Assembly: GCF_018977255.1 (NCBI RefSeq)
Contig: NW_024704754.1
Coordinates: forward strand, 18,848,001-18,912,000
Length of the DNA stretch: 64,000 nucleotides
Source: Callorhinchus milii
Lineage: Eukaryota
Reading direction: 5' to 3'
The notes below the pieces were generated by a model. The model did no database searches and had not been told where the DNA came from. It was given only the letters and a program-made list of their open reading frames with translations. Positions 34,300-47,210 of this stretch are shown here, piece by piece (within the stretch, counting starts at the first letter, position 1; each line of letters opens with the position of its first letter). The translations under genes were made by a program, and so were the position numbers.

Positions 34300-37200
34300 A
34301 TGTCGGCCAAAGGCAAGGTAAGCGACCAGAGAGTGTGAGAGCGGCCCTGGTGTGAAAGGCCAGCGACCCCCCCACCCTCCCTCCCCCATTGCCCACTCCC
34401 CCCAGGCATCACTCAACAACCAATTACATCTGTATAGCGCTTACCATCTCAAGAGGACGTCCAAAAGCGCTCTCTCCCTTTCCTCCCCGCTTGCTGCCGC
34501 ATTCCTTCTAGAATTTGCTGACACAATCTGCCTACTCTCCCCACCGCCACCCCCACCCCGAGTGCAGCCTGGATCACAAATTGGAGGGTGGGGAGTGGTG
34601 GGTGTGGGGTTGTGGAAGCCACAATTTCTGGGCAGCAGATGACTGACTCTTGCCAGGCTGGTCTGCTGCCCCCCCCACCTCGCTCGCTCCTCAATGGGCT
34701 ACTCCCCCATCGACCACCACCACCACACAAGGGTGAGCAGTATCTCCCCCTCTTCCCCCCACCCCCCAACAGCCTGACTGTGCATAACATGGAGATGACT
34801 TGCAGAGTGTTTGGATCAGGACTGTGTTTAGGTTTCGGGGTGTGTAAATCCCTTCAACCCAACCTAATATGGCTCAGTTTATACTGTTCGAAACCCAGCT
34901 CGTCTGTGTATTGTCACTGCTGGCGGAGCTGACTCATGGTGGGGAGGGGGNNNNNNNNNNNNNNNNNNNNNNNNNNNNNNNNNNNNNNNNNNNNNNNNNN
35001 NNNNNNNNNNNNNNNNNNNNNNNNNNNNNNNNNNNNNNNNNNNNNNNNNNNNNNNNNNNNNNNNNNNNNNNNNNNNNNNGAGGGGTAGCTAATAACACGG
35101 ATGAGGTGTTACGGCCGTTTAAGACCCCAGCCTCCCCCCTCACCGCTGGCGGCTGTTATATATAAGGGTATGTGGGCCCGGTGAGAGGCTATTTATAACC
35201 TCAGGCAGCAGCTGCCGGGAATCAGTGTGCGGGGGGAGAGCCTGGATTACACACAGCTTCCCATAAGGAATGTCAGTAAGAAGATCTGACAGGTGCTGGG
35301 GAGGGGGGAGAGCTTTCTCTCTGTCTCAGACCCACCCACTGCACCAATCTGCCTGGCCCGTGCTGCAGTGTGTAACCTTGTGTTGTGATTAGCGTCCGAG
35401 CCCATCTTTTCCGGCTCCTCACACAGCAATGGAAAGTTTTTAGGAATACTGGAATTTTAACCTCTCCTTAAATGGATGAAGGGAATGGGGTTAGAGTAGA
35501 GAGCTCCAGTGGGGGCGCGAGCCCCAGCACAGACACGATGGGGAGAGAGAGAGAGACCAGGGAATGGGGTTAGAGTAGAGAGCTCCAGTGGGGGCGCGAG
35601 CCCCAGCACAGACACGATGGGGAGAGAGAGAGAGCAGGGGATGGGGTTAGAGTAGAGAGCTCCAGTGGGGGAGCGAGCCCCAGCACAGACACGATGGGGA
35701 GAGAGAGAGAGACCAGGTAATGGGGTTAGAGTAGAGAGCTCCAGTGGGGGAGCGAGCCCCAGCACCGACACGATGGGGAAGAGAGAGAAAGAGAGCAGGG
35801 AATGGGGTTAGAGAGCTCTGGATTCCCGGGATCCTGGAGTCTGTAACTGTGTGTAAATCCTCTCACAGGGAGCAAGGCCTGGATACAGAGGTTCCATTAA
35901 AGCGTTCCCGAATTTTGACGCCAATCAGGATGCGGAGAATTTGTATCAAGCGATGAAAGGATTTGGTGAGGAATGGCCCTGTGAATGGCGGGTGTGAGCA
36001 CGGAAATCCACCAACTTCCCCCGCCCGCTCTGAGCCTTAAGCACATCGTAACTGGCTGCTAAACGATAGTTAATCGCTGTCCGTTAATTAATCGCTTAAG
36101 ATCTCTAGGACGCTACCCTATGTGAGGGGGCGCTGTATAAATACAAGTTGTTGTTGCTGCCATTCCCAACAGGCAGTGACAAGGAGGCCATCTTGGAGCT
36201 GTTGACATCCAGGTCCAACAACCAACGCCAGAAGATCCTCATCAGCTACAAGACGCTCTTCGGGAGGGTAAGCCATCACTGGGTGCCGCCTGCGGTCTCT
36301 ACACCGACAGTCACTTCATGGTGACAGGGCACGGCTTGGGGGGGGGGGGGGTGGTTGGGTTTGTGGTGCCGAGCTGTAGTTGGTGATGCCGGGCAGAGCT
36401 AAGCTCCGGAATATAGAACAATTGGAGGGGATCTTATAGAAACCTATAAGATCATCAAAGGGCATAGAGTAGATAGTGGGAGATTGTTTCCCCCGGTCAG
36501 AGAAACTAAAACCAGGGGTCACAACCTTAAAATCAGAGACAGCCCTTTCACACTGAGTTGAGGAAGAACTTCTTCACTCAAAGGGCAGTGAATGTATGGA
36601 ACTCACTACCCCAAAGGGCTGTTGACGCTCAGTCCTTGAACATATTCAAGACTGAGATACATAGATTTCTTATTGCAAAAGGGATTAAGGGATATGGGGA
36701 TAAGGCGTTGGGGGGGGGGGTGATATGGGAGAGGGGGGTCGATATGGGGGTAAGGCAGGGTCAGGTTATTAGCTGGAGTTAGATTAGAAGATCAGCCACG
36801 ATTGAATGGCGGGGCAGAAGCTCGGAGGGCCGAATGGCCTCCTCCTGCTCCTACATGTTATGTTACCCTCTGCCCAGCACTGGGTGACGGTGTGTCCCTC
36901 ACTGACAGGACCTGATTGATGACCTGAAGTACGAGCTGACGGGGAAGTTCGAGCGGCTGATCGTGGGGCTGATGAAGCCGCCGGCCGTGTACGACGCCAA
37001 AGAGCTGAGAGACGCCATTGAGGTAAGTTTCCCCCCTTCCCCCCTCCCCCTTAACCTCGAGACACCTCTTAACAGCCCCCTCACCCCACACCGTTACTGA
37101 CTGAGGCAATGTGTCTGCATTCCCCACCCTGGCCTGACCTCTCCCTCTCTCACTCCCTCCCTCTCTCCCTCCCTCTCTCCCTCCCTCACTCCCTCTCTCT

Positions 37201-40200
37201 CGCTGTGTGACAGGGGATGGGGACGGATGAGAAGTGCCTGATTGAGATCCTGGCATCCAGGACCAACAGCCAAATACACCAGCTGGTCTCCGCCTACAAC
37301 GAGGGTGAGCTTCTCCGCGCTCGACAGCGGTCGCGTAGCATGTAGCGTGGGCACCGCGGTGAAAGAACCAACAACATCTCCCAGTGACTGGCCAACCGTC
37401 TGTGGGCAATCACCACACACCTGTCTGTCTGTCTGTCTGTCTGACCCCTCGCTGTGTGCAGGACTACTGCGCTGTTTGACCACAAAATGCACAGTCTCTA
37501 CATTTCACCGTCAAACTCTTCTGAGAGATTCCCATGTGNNNNNNNNNNNNNNNNNNNNNNNNNNNNNNNNNNNNNNNNNNNNNNNNNNNNNNNNNNNNNN
37601 NNNNNNNNNNNNNNNNNNNNNNNNNNNNNNNNNNNNNNNNNNNNNNNNNNNNNNNNNNNNNNNNNNNNNNNNNNNNNAGTCGGATCTGGAGGCTGACATT
37701 GTTGCTGATACCGCGCAACATTTCAAGAAGATGTGTGTTGTTCTGCTTCAGGTGAGGAGCGGGAAGTGGTGGGGGTGGGGAGTGGGCAGTGGTGGGCGGT
37801 GGGGGTGGGGAATGGGCAGTGGTGGGCGGTGGGGGTGGGGAATGGGCAGTGGTGGGCGGTGGGGAATGGGCGGTGGGGTGGGGAATGGGTGGGGGTGGGG
37901 AATGGGTGGTTGTGGGGGTGGGGAATGGGTGGTTGTGGGGTGGGAATGGGCGGTGGTGGGCAGGAGGTGGGAAGGGGAAATGGGGGACCTGTTTGCGTGG
38001 CGCTGACCCTGTGTCTTGTCCACAGGGACCCGTGAGGAAGACGATGTGGTCAGTGAGCACCAGGTGGCAGAAGATGCAAAGGTGTGTGAGTGTGAGTGTG
38101 CATGTGAGTGTGAGGGTGGGGGTGGGGGTGGGGGGGGGGGACAGGCCAGGCTGACGTCTCACTATGATTGTAGGAGCTGTTCGAGGCGGGGGAGGAGCAG
38201 TGGGGCACAGAGGAGAGCACCTTCATCACCATCCTTGGCAACCGCAGTAAACAGCACCTCCAGCTCGGTACAACCTCACCCTCACCCCCCGCCCCCACCC
38301 CCCCATCTGTGTGTGTGTGTGTCACTGTCTGTATGTGATTGTGTGAGTGTGTGTGAGTGGATGTGTGTTAATGTGTGCAAGTCTGTCTGTGAGAGTTTAT
38401 GAGTTTGTATCTATCCATCAATGTTTGGGATGAGTCTATCACTGTGTGTATCACTGTGTGTGTGTGTGTTTGTGTGTCTGTCACAGTGTGTGTGTGTGTG
38501 TTAGTGTGTGTGTGTCTGTCACAGTGTGTGTGTGTGTCTGTCACAGTGTGTGTGTGTGCGTCTGTCACAGTGTGTGTGTGTGTGTTAGTGTGTGTGTCTG
38601 TCACTGTGTGTGTGTGTGTGTGTGTATAAGTGTGAGTGTGTGTGACACTGAAATGTCTCTGCTCTCTGTCTCAGTGTTTGATGAGTACAGTCAGATTGCT
38701 GGGAAGGACATTGAGGAGAGTCTGTGTGGGGAGCTGTCCGGGGACTTCGAGAAGCTGATGCTGGCGGTGGGTACGTATAACCCCATTCCCCGTCCCCACT
38801 CCAGGTCCAACCCCCCGCCCCCCCCTCCCGGGCTCCAACTTACGTTCCGTCTGATTCTCTTTCCACAGTGAGGTGTGTACGGAACACTCCGGAATATTTT
38901 GCCAAAAGACTGAACAAAGCGATGCAGGTGCGTGGGATGGGGGTGCAGGTGGGGGGGGGGGGGGTGCAGATGTGGGGGTGGGGATGGGGGGGGGGTTAAG
39001 GGGTTTAATGCTTTAATACATTTGCTGTCAGTCTCGCCCTCAGCCTGGCTCAGTCGCTGCGAGTGTCCTCTCGGGATCGGGAGGTTGTGGGTACAGCAGT
39101 TTGTTTGGGGTTTTGTTCAAATCTNNNNNNNNNNNNNNNNNNNNNNNNNNNNNNNNNNNNNNNNNNNNNNNNNNNNNNNNNNNNNNNNNNNNNNNNNNNN
39201 NNNNNNNNNNNNNNNNNNNNNNNNNNNNNNNNNNNNNNNNNNNNNNNNNNNNNNNNNNNNNNNNACCTGTGACAACACGCTGATCCGTATCATGGTGTCG
39301 CGGAGTGAGCTGGACATGCTGGATATCCGGGAGGAATTTCGCAACAAGTACGAGGAGTCTCTGTACCAGACCATCCGGGTGAGTGAGCACCAGCCGAGCG
39401 GCAGCACGGTGCGTGTGCTGTGCTAATTATCCCCACGCTCACATCACAGCCACCGTCTCTCCTCTGCTTTCAGGGTGACACCTCCGGTGTGTACAAGAGA
39501 GCCCTTCTCAGGCTGTGCGGGGGCGATGACAAGTGAGTCTGGGGGGGCTGTGTGTGTGTGTGTGTGTTTGTCGGGGTGGGGGGGGCAGTGTGTGTTTGTC
39601 GGGGGGTGGGGGCGTGCAGTGTATGTGGGGGGGGGTGGGGGGGGCTCACTCTGGCTGACACACGTTCTGCATGTTGCAGTGTCGCTGGTGAGTTCTTCCC
39701 GGAAGCAGCACAGTTCGCCTATCAGACATGGGAGCTCAGCGCCTCCATGCAAGTGCAGGTAGGTGTGTGTGTGTGAGCGTGTGTGTCCCTGAGCCCCCCC
39801 CCACCACCCACCATACCTCCGCTGCCCTGAATGCGCCCCCCGCCGTTTGACACATTGAAAACCAGCTTACGGTTCAGCGACATCTCTTCGTCTGTCTGAC
39901 AGATGAAGGGGACGGTACGAGACGCTGTGGGTTTCCAGCCTGAAGTGGACGTCAAGGCTCTTCGCAAAGCCATGAAGGGGTTCGGTGAGTGGGCAGCAGT
40001 GGGGGTTGGGGGGGAGATAAAAGATATGGGGGGGAATGGTGGGAGCGGAGAAGCGGTCACTCTGCTGTCACTCTGACTCTCTCGGGGCCTCCCACTGGTC
40101 CCAGCCACTGTTTCAGGCACAGATGAAGACACCATTATTGACATTGTGACGCGGAGGAGCAATGCCCAGCGGCAGCAGCTCAGGCAGCAGTTCAAGTCCC

Positions 40201-40417
40201 AGCTCGGCCGGGTAAGTCACTAAGGCTCTCAATAACAAGTCACATAAACTCGACAGCACGTACACCCCACACAGCCTCCCCTCCCCGGGGGAACCTTCCG
40301 TTCCCCTCTGTGACATCCTGTAGCTCAGTAGTTAGAGGCCCCGGGTTTGATTCCCGGGCGGGACAGTGTGAAACCTTAGGCAAGTTTCCTTACTCCACAC
40401 ACACATACACACATGTG

Positions 40418-40449
<32 letters not shown>

Positions 40450-43204
40450 AGTGCCTCTGTTTACCCAGCAGTCAGGACAGGAGGTGGGATTGGGGTAATG
40501 TTGTTGACGTGATGTCTGTCTGCTGTAGGACCTGATGGCGGACCTGAAATCTGAGTTGGGCGGAAACTTAGGGCGAGTGATCCTGGCACTGATGATGCCA
40601 CAGAGCAGTTTGACGCCAAGCAACTGCGTAAAGCCATCGAGGTGAGAGACACGCGGCGGGGGTGGTGGGGGGGGGTCAGGGATAGGAACATAGGCACAGG
40701 AGGAGGCCATTCAGCCCCCGAGCCTGTTACGCTATTCTATTAGATCATGGCTGATCTGTACCTCAACTCCAAGGCGAGGCTGGGGTGGGGCAGCTACCGG
40801 CAGTGTGTGTGTGTTTCAAATGCTGTGAGCCCCTACCCTGCGTGGGGGGGGGGCCTATATAAATGAACGTTGTTGTTGTTGTGCAGGGTGTGGGCACTGA
40901 CGAGCGGGCGTTGATCGAAATCCTCACCACGAAAACCAACACGGAGATAAACCGGCTCAGAGAGGCGTATACAGAGGGTGAGTGGCCGGGGCTGATCGGA
41001 GGCTTTACCAGTGAGAGCGAGAGGTGTTAGAGTGACACAGCCCCCTCTCTCTCTCTCTCTCTCTCCCCCGCAGGCTATCACCGAAGCCTGGAGGAGGACA
41101 TCGAGTCCGACACGTCCGGTCACTTCCAGCGGCTCTTGGTCTCCCTGGTGCAGGTACAGCCCCCCACCTCCCCTCCCACCACAGTGTGTGGTTACCACTT
41201 AGCCACCCCCAGGCCACCATGTCCGCGCCCCCCCACGCCCCCAGCGACGTTGATTCCCCCCCATCCCACACAATCACCCCCCGCCAGCTTTGCCCTCGGA
41301 CCCCCGCGCCCCGGCGATAGTTTCTCACTGTGCCTCTTGCCTCAGGGGAACCGTGAGGAGGGGGACGCTGACCTGACCCGAGCCATGGAGGACGCAAAGG
41401 TAATGGAACCACACTGAGAGCGGGAAGACGGAACGAGGGAAGCGGGAATCTCCAGGGGGAGCGAGTGGGCTGATGTGGTGTGATACTGAGAGCAGTGAAG
41501 CTGCTGACACTGAGCTGACATCTCTGTGTCTCTCTCTCTCTCTCTCTCTCTATGTCTCTCTCTCTCTATGTCTCTCTCTCTCACCATCTCTTTCCCCTCT
41601 CTCAGGTGCTGTCTGGAGCTGGTGATGACGACTCCGATTCAATGGAATCAAAGTTTATCAGTGTTCTGTGCACCAGGAGCTTCCCCCACCTCAAGAGAGG
41701 TACGTGTGTGTGTGTGTGTGGTTGGGGGGGAGTGGGAGATGGGGAGGTATGTGTGTGTATGTGGGGGTGGGAGGGGAATGACAAGATACGTGTGGGGGAA
41801 GGGGGAGGTACGTGCGGGTAGATGGGTCAGTCTCTCATTGTAGCCCCTGTCTGGTCGGTGATGGGGGTAGGAGTGGGGTGTCGCGATTGCCTCAGTGACT
41901 GACTCTTTCCCACGTTCAGTGTTTCAGGATTACATTAAACTAACCAACCGCGACATCGAGCAAACCATCAGGAACGACATCTCCGGGGACCTGAGGAACT
42001 CTCTGTACGCCATCGGTGAGTCACTGTGGGTGGGGGGGTGGGGAGGGGCACGGGGAGTGGGAGTGGGGGGCAGCGACATACTATGACGGGCGCCAACAAG
42101 ACTTAAAACCACGTCTGCATGTCCATGATCTCCTGACACTTGGTAAGGAGGAAGGAGTTACTCTCTCCTGGTGTCCTGGTCAACATTCCCCACAAATACA
42201 CAGTCACTACACTTGGGTGTAAGATCAACGCAGGGATTAACGTGCTGACCTCTCTCTCTCTCTCTCTCTCTCTCTAGTCCGTTGTATTAAGAATAAACCA
42301 GTGTTCTTTGCTGATCGCTTGTACAAGTCAATGAAGGTAATTTCTCAGCCTGTGTGGATTCAGGCTCAGTTCACCTCTCAGCCAGTGGGGGCAGTGTTAG
42401 AGTGTCCCTTCGGGGCGGAGGAGCCGGTCCAGGGATTCTTTTTCCCCCCAAAATTAACCAAACCACTCAAGAGGAAATGATTATTGTTAACTGATTTTTG
42501 GGGGGTCAGCCGGGTGTCTGACATGTGCGGAAACCCATCACCGTTGCTCGAGGGTCTCCAAACCCAAGCTGAGAATTCCAGGCATCCCATCTACAACAAC
42601 AACAACAACAACAAGATTCCATTTATAAAGCGCCTTTCACGTCAGGAGGACGTCCCAAGGCGCTGACATGGAATGGTTGTTGGAATGGGAAGCTCTCTCT
42701 CTCCCTCTCTCTCCCTGGAGGGATGCATCCTGCTTACCTAATTCCAGATAGTATGAGGCGCAAGTTGGCAAAAGCCAAGGCTTGGGAGGGAGTCCAGAAT
42801 GTGCGTTGGGGTATCTGCTGGAGTCTAACCAGCTAAACCCACGCAGCTTGCCATTGATATCGCTTGATAATTGATCATTACTGATTGATTAATTGATTAT
42901 TATTAATTATTACTGATATTGTTTGTTATTAGGGCGCTGGGACGGATGACAAGACCCTTATCCGGATTATGGTGTCCCGAAGCGAGATTGATTTACTGAA
43001 CATCCGCAAGGAGTTTAAGGACATGTTTGACATCTCGCTCCACGCCTGCATCGAGGTGAGTCTCGTCACTGCCCACGCAGTTCCGGAACGTTCTTTGGGT
43101 GGGAATTCGGAGACCGGGTTTAATCGGTGTCTTTTGTCCCCCAGGGAGACTGCTCGGGCGACTACTCCCGGGTCCTGCTCACGCTGTGTGGAGGCGAAGA
43201 CTAG
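34300..43204 (+). CDS. ANXA6: Annexin A6, copy 2 (no upstream promoter or exon 1; two 1-bp deletions in exons; likely redundant haplotype)
   Basis: ATG at 34300, stop at 43202-43204, same exon series as copy 1. A G is missing at ~38026 (cacag|ggacc vs cacag|gggacc), a C is missing at ~40600 (atgccacagag vs atgccaccagag), and Y>N occurs at ~38913. Confidence 0.85.
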
Positions 43205-43558
43205 AAGGTCCCGGAACACTGTGCCGTCAACGTGTTCCCCAAGTTTGAAACCGTCCCCCAGTGTGTCACTGCGCTAACCAGTCCCGGTCACTGTGTCCCC
43301 ATTAACCAGTCCCGGTCACTGTGTCCCCATTTACCAGTCACTACAAGCGGAACACCCTCTCCCCCCACAGACACGCATGCGAAAAACCACCTAACAGCAC
43401 AGGCGGAAACAATACTCTGACACAGACAGTACAGGTGGAAACACACACACACCACAGGCAGAAGCAATATATATATATACACACACACACACACAGTACA
43501 GGTGGAATCAATAACCCTCCACTCTATAGGTGGGAAAGGGCAGATTGTTGAGGGTTAC

Positions 43559-46311
43559 CTCGCGCTCCATGTTCTGGGTGTAATATTCCTTGTTCACGTC
43601 AGACTTAGGCATATCGTCCTTCAGTGACATCCCAGCGTCTCGCACCTGGATCGGCAACCCTGAGGACAGGCAGGTCAATCAATCACAGAACACAGGCAAC
43701 AACAACAACTTGCATTTACAGTGCCCTTCACCCAGGGTGGCATCCCAGAGCGCTTGACAATGATGTAGCACGATGCCAAGCCGGGGGGAAGGGACTGTAG
43801 GCACAATCGAAGAGGAAGGTCTTCAGGCATGACCTGAAGATGGGGAAGAAGGGGGCGAGGCGGAGGGTTAGAGGGAGAGTGTTCCAGAGTTGGAAGCATA
43901 GTGGCTGAAAGCGCGGTCACCGATGGTGGAACAGAGGCGGAGCAGGATCAATCAATCACCCGCAGAGCGAATCTCCCTACCCCCCGGAATGCCCTGGGTT
44001 CTCACCATATTCCAGGTCCAGGAGGCAGGTCTGACACACGTTCTTCAGTTTGCTGCAGGTCTGACAAACCTCCGTTTTCTTAAAGCGCATCCGAGCCCCT
44101 GGGCACCAGCGGAATACAGTGAAGGGCCTCGAGCAGATCTGGGGGGAGGGGGGAGGTCACAGGGCACTTGTCATCCAACCCATCATCACACCCCATTACA
44201 TCCCAAATACACCCCCCACCCCTACACACACTCCCCACACCACCACTGTGAGTGCAGTAAAGCAGTAAACCCATACAATGCTGATGAGATGTGTGCAACA
44301 GGGGGTGAACTGAAACAAACAAACAAATTACATTTACACAGTGCCTTTCATGACGGGAAGATGTCCCAAGGCGCTGGAAGACTTACCTTGCATTCCTTTC
44401 CATATTTCTCCTTTGTCTGAAACACCAAACAAACAACCCAGTTACACACAAGAATTATAATAATAATAGTAATAATAATAAAAACCGTGAATTTACAGAC
44501 AAAAATTGTGGAGTAAATTGAGAGTTTGCTTTCTGTGCGTTTCACACACTTCATTGGCTTTGCGCAGGTTTCTCAGGTCTGAAATGCCACCCATTCCCAG
44601 TGAGCGGGAAGTCAGGGACTTACCATGCGGATGTAGGGGTTTTCTCCCAGACATGTCTGGCACAGGATCGGGAAGTCCTAAACAAAGTGATAAGAGTACG
44701 TTAGCCAGACCACAACACAGCAACACTGTGAACAACAACAACAACAAAATGACACGTATAGAGCGCCTTTCACGTCGGGAGGACGTCCCAAAGCGCTGAA
44801 CAGTCAGGTATCGGGGCCCGAGCCTGGGGGGGGCAGGCGGGGGGGGGGGGTGTAGGGGTGAGGGAAGGCAGAGAGGTGGGAGCGAGACCCGAGGTGCGGT
44901 CGAGGAGAAGCGCTAAACAGTCAAACGCAGAAACAATGGGTTCAGTGCCAATCGCAGCACATCCGGGAAACCTCTCCCCATTCCCGTTCATCTCAAGACT
45001 TAGCTCTTTGACCGTACTTTTGGCCATTCACCCCCTTACCCCCCACCCCACCCCCTACCCTCCACCCACCCCTTACCCTCCACCCCACCCCTTACCTCCA
45101 CCCCACCCCCTTACCCCCACCCCCCCCTTACTCTCCACCCCCACTCCCAACTCCCAGCCGTCCAGCGCTTTGGGAGGTCCTCCTGACACGGAAGCCGCCG
45201 CGCGGGTGCGATTTTTTTTTTTTCCTTTTTGCCGCTGGAAACGCTCGGGGCGGGGAGTGGGGAGTGGGGTTGGGGAGTGGGGGAGTGGGGGCGGGGGGTG
45301 GGGAGTGGGGGGGGGAGCGGGGGGGGGGGGGGGAGTGGGGGGTTGGGGAGTGGGAGTGGGGGAGTGGGGAGTGGGGGGTAGGGAGTGGGGAGTGGGGAGT
45401 GGGGAGTGGGGGTGGGAGTGGGGAGTGGGGAGTGGGGGGGTGGGGGAGTGGTGAGTGGGGAGTGGGGAGTGGTGGGGGGTGGGAGTGGGGAGTGGGGGTG
45501 GGAGTGGGGGGTGGGGAGTGGGGGGTGGGGAGGTGAGTGGGGGAGGGGGGGGGGGGTGGGGGAGTGGGGAGTGGGGGTGGGGGGGGGTGGGGGGTGGGGA
45601 GTGGTGAGTGGGGGAGTGGGGGAGCGGGGGGTGGGGGAGTGGGGGAGGGGGTGGGGAGTGGGGGCGGGGGGAGTGGGGAGTGGGGAGTGGGGAGTGGGGG
45701 AGTGGTGAGTGGGGGGGTGGGGGGGGCGGCGGCGGCGGCATTCACCCGACGGAACGCGCATCGGAAATCCCCCAAAACCGCTTCGCAGCGCCGAGACGTC
45801 GTCTCCGCCACACGATAACCGGCGCCGCTCCGGGAACGCGCCGCGTGTCACCAGAACGACAGCGACAGCGACATTGGCGTTCGGGGCTGTGAGAACGGCT
45901 TCAAACACCGGAGGATTGTGACTGAAAAACTGTAATTAATAGAACACGAGTCACTGCCCCAGAAACCCGGGACCCGGAGGCTGAGAGCGACACTCCCTCT
46001 CCTGGGACTCTCTCTCTCTCTCTCTCTCTCCCTGTGGCTCAGCGGCGGCGGGAGTGTGGGGGGAGTGGGGGGGAGTGGGGGGAGACACGGGGTGTGCGGT
46101 GGGGAGGGCGGGAGAGTCCAGGCCTCGAGTGTGTGGGAGGCCTCGGGACCCGGGGGGGGCCCTCCGCACCGCCTCCCCGGGGACCCCCACCGGCCCTCTC
46201 CTCTCGGTCTCCCCGGGGCCCCTCTCCCCCCCCCCCGGGCCCCCCCGGGCCGCTCACCGCGTCCTCCCAGTTCTGTCTGTTGTAGGTGTTCGCCCCCAGT
46301 GAGGTGGCCAT
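43559..46311 (-). CDS. RBM22: Pre-mRNA splicing factor RBM22 (Cwc2/Ecm2 homologue) exons 1-5, in inverted orientation
   Basis: Minus-strand exons 46311-46258 ([18 protein letters not shown]), 44677-44624 ([18 protein letters not shown]), 44416-44387 ([10 protein letters not shown]), 44138-44006 ([44 protein letters not shown]) and 43659-43559 ([10 protein letters not shown]...[12 protein letters not shown]). All are GT-AG and in phase with exon 6. Confidence 0.95.
45248..45730. repeat. (GGGGAGT)n-type G-rich tract with strong G-quadruplex potential in RBM22 intron 1
   Basis: About 480 bp of G-runs separated by agt or t; a C-rich (CCCCTTA/CCCCA) tract lies just before it at 45030-45150. Confidence 0.9.
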
Positions 46312-46450
46312 CTTCCCGGGTCCCACAATGCCCCGCGCCGCCCGGAAACCCCGGCCCGACTGCGGGGCGGAAGTGGCCCCTCTCAGTGAGAGCCGCGGCG
46401 TCACTCGCTCCGCGCTCCGGGCGGAACCCCCTGAGCTGTGGCTGTTGGTT
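45720..46450 (-). promoter_or_regulatory. CpG island and housekeeping promoter of RBM22
   Basis: High CpG density around exon 1, ETS cores (ccggaa, gcggaagt at ~46367), GC box ggggcgg and a YY1-like AAGATGGC overlapping the ATG. Confidence 0.7.
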
Positions 46451-47014
46451 CTGCACAAGAAGTTCCCCCCCACTCCGCCCCCACCCACAACCAACCAACC
46501 AACCAACCAAGTCCCAGCAGAGCTCGAGTGCTCAGGTGCGGGTTTCAAGTACTTCGGCGCTGAGACCATCCTTTTATTTTTCTTTGTTTCCGTCAAAGAT
46601 GTTGGCGGCCAAACAAGCGGTTGGGTCCTGTTTGTCCCCAAAAACCGTCCGCACAACAGGGACACGTGGGAACATGTGTGATTGTCAGCCAAATTGTTCT
46701 ACATGTCACACCGGGAGTGTCCGCCAGGCAGCGCCCGAGCTCCGCCGCTGGGCAGCCACCACACGTGCAGTGGCTTATAACAGTCAATTGCATTTGTATG
46801 TGGTGCCTTTGATTGAGGTCGGGAGGGCGTCACAAAGTGCTGAGCGGTCAAGGGTTTGGGTCGTTGCATTTACATCGAAACGTGTACATGTTCTGCACAG
46901 AAGGCAGACACTCAGCACATGGGGTGTCCCTTCCAACACACGGGCGCTTCAAACTGAAGCTCACAATATTATAGACAAAGCACAAAATACCGCGGGTGTT
47001 GGCAATCTGAAAAC

Positions 47015-47210
47015 AAAAACAGGAGTCGCTGGGAAGACTCAGCGGGTCAGAGGCAGCGTCTACGGAGAAAGGAAAGGGAGTCAACGTTTCGGGTTCACGA
47101 CCCTTCGTCAGAACGGCTAATTCAGTTGTGGACCCGAAATGTTGACTCATTTTCTTTTCTCCATAGATGCTGCCTGACCTGCCGAGTGTTCCCAGCAACT
47201 CCTGTTTTCA
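47015..47210. mobile_element. Inverted pair of Penelope-like terminal sequences with a hammerhead-like core
   Basis: 47016-47098 is approximately the reverse complement of 47128-47208 (acccgaaa.gttgactc...tctcc.taga.gctgcctgacc.gc.gagt.ttcccagc.actcctgtttt). The minus strand at 47111-47082 reads CTGACGA-AGGGTCGTGAACCC-GAAACGTTG. Confidence 0.6.

Noticed and set aside
34300-43204. ANXA6 copy 2 as a genuine paralogue or young pseudogene
   Set aside because: Near-identical introns, single-base run indels and the 25-N junction favour an uncollapsed haplotype or gap overfill; not asserted as a real duplicate without depth data.
46056-47120. 354-aa plus-strand ORF opposite RBM22 exon 1 as a divergent gene
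   Set aside because: No recognisable domain; it spans the CpG island and repeat fragments, where long stop-free frames are expected by chance.
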